From Eledone cirrhosa (lineage: Eukaryota): a stretch of DNA of 64,000 bases. Every line of letters begins with the position of its first letter. Position 1 is the stretch's first letter. Positions 63,850-64,000 of the stretch are shown here, one piece after another. Both the position numbers and the translations under genes were made by a program. Location of the stretch: positions 341,248,001 through 341,312,000 of the forward strand of contig OZ024742.1 in NCBI GenBank assembly GCA_964016885.1, read 5' to 3'. A model generated the notes under the pieces. The model did not search any database. It saw only the letters and a list, made by a program, of their open reading frames with translations, and was not told where the DNA came from.

Positions 63850-64000
63850 CATGTGGTGGTGCTGGACCTTGGCAGTGGTGAAGGTAGAGCCTTTAGGCTG
63901 ATAGCCGCATATGCCCCTTTTGGGACAGAGCGGCCCGACTTTTTCCAGCGTCTGGAGTCTTTTCTAGGGACGTCCCGTTCCCTGCTTTTAGTGGGGGATT
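63850..64000 (+). pseudogene. APE endonuclease fragment of LINE ORF2 (runs off the window)
   Basis: FRLIAAYAP..FFQRLESFL..LLLVGD matches the APE YAP...GDFN region. Confidence 0.65.

Overview
Eukaryotic, AT-rich and microsatellite-dense window with no confidently identifiable host gene. The SINE types and repeat landscape suggest a cephalopod (Octopus-like) genome, but this is inference. The window is mostly retroelements: at least 5-6 Penelope-like elements (PLEs; RT + GIY-YIG), R4/Dong-, RTE-, CRE- and Tx1/L1-type LINE fragments, Helitron remnants, tRNA-derived SINEs and two minisatellites (52 bp and 41 bp). The main signal not shown by the ORF track is RNA-level: about 20 type I hammerhead ribozyme (HHR) motifs read by eye. 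Seven of them lie in a non-coding 559-bp tandem/inverted array (48.6-51.9 kb) that looks like a retrozyme (a circular-RNA-forming, non-autonomous PLE parasite). Two or three other ORF-less HHR elements share the architecture of inverted head + unit + terminal direct repeat. A ~5.9-kb palindrome of two near-identical PLE copies carries a variant-core HHR. All folds were paired by eye; none was computed or tested.
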